Positions 49,683 to 50,402 of a stretch of DNA of 50,402 nucleotides are shown here, one piece after another. The stretch is taken from positions 31,225 through 81,626 of the forward strand of contig NMRA01000955.1 of assembly GCA_002633005.1 (NCBI GenBank), read 5' to 3'. Source of the stretch: Phoronis australis. Taxonomy: Eukaryota > Animalia > Phoronida. The notes beneath the pieces were generated by a model that was not told where the DNA came from, ran no database searches, and saw only the letters and a list, made by a program, of their open reading frames with translations. The position numbers and the translations under genes were made by a program. Within the stretch, counting starts at the first letter, position 1; the number at the start of each line of letters is the position of its first letter.

Positions 49683-50402
49683 GTGAGTTTAATGTAGACA
49701 AAAAATACTTTCAATAACATCTATTCGTATCACAACAGGTTTCACAGCACCAATTTTTATGCCTTTTCTAATTCCCAGAATTTCCAAATCTGAGTCTGGA
49801 AGTTTTACGGAAATCTGGGAAAGCTTCCAAAAAATAATTAAAAACATAAATTTATTCAATGCAGATGCACTAAATAAAAAATGCCTCCCAAGAGACACGA
49901 TAACCTGGAATTAACAAGGAACCCAGCAGCCCTTTTAGGTCACCCTGAAATACAAAAAAGTCAGAAATCCACATAATCAAAATAAGATTTTCATGGGTGA
50001 TTTTACTGTCAAAATTGCCCTTTTATTTTTGATTTTTGATAGAGTAACACCATCAGTGATAGTGTTATCAAAGCAACAAATGTGCAGAGAACATCATGTA
50101 GGTATGCATTCTTAACCTTAACTATATATAGGAAATCCAATTTTATGTATAAAGTAATCCTGTATTATACATTGACGTTAGATGCTAAAGACACAATTAT
50201 TGTAACATTTCATTGTCTTGTTAAACCATATATTTTTTCCAAAACATATGTAAACAATAACATTTTATCACATGGCACAAGTTCCCTTGGTATGTATCAG
50301 TCTAACCAATAAAAATATTATTCTTTGATCAAAACCCCCTTAAGCATATTAAGCACTGAGATCATTCAGTGGCTAACTCACCATGCAACTGATTTTAATA
50401 GC

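Noticed and set aside
1-50402. Prokaryotic operon, defence system, rRNA/tRNA genes or intact transposase
   Set aside because: No long ORFs outside spliced exons and no recognisable structural RNA; the remaining short ORFs fall in repeats or introns.

Overview
Eukaryotic, AT-rich DNA from an invertebrate animal (inferred from spliced genes and the transposon repertoire), with one 512-N scaffold gap. Two spliced genes sit head-to-head with start codons 317 bp apart. One is a complete 3-exon TTC9/TTC9C-like TPR gene (minus strand, 8406-10081, 203 aa). The other is the first 10 coding exons (470 codons) of Integrator subunit INTS7 (plus strand, 10399-43828, continuing past the window). Most of the rest is nested non-autonomous DNA transposons: three ISL2EU-like elements with decayed THAP and SWIM remnants, each carrying the same MITE; Kolobok-like TTAA elements; a 2.7-kb CAATG-terminal element in two copies; hAT-like MITEs; a solo LTR; a RecQ-like helicase relic; and a 365-bp palindrome-punctuated tandem array. 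The most striking structure is in INTS7 intron 1: three TAG-terminated (AcademH-like) elements stacked end to end, each preceded by the same 9-bp repeat AG(C/T)GAGGAC. Also notable are an in-frame 36-bp duplication of an INTS7 splice acceptor and long inverted repeats bracketing INTS7 exons 2-4. Family assignments rest on termini, TSDs and recalled motifs, not on database searches.
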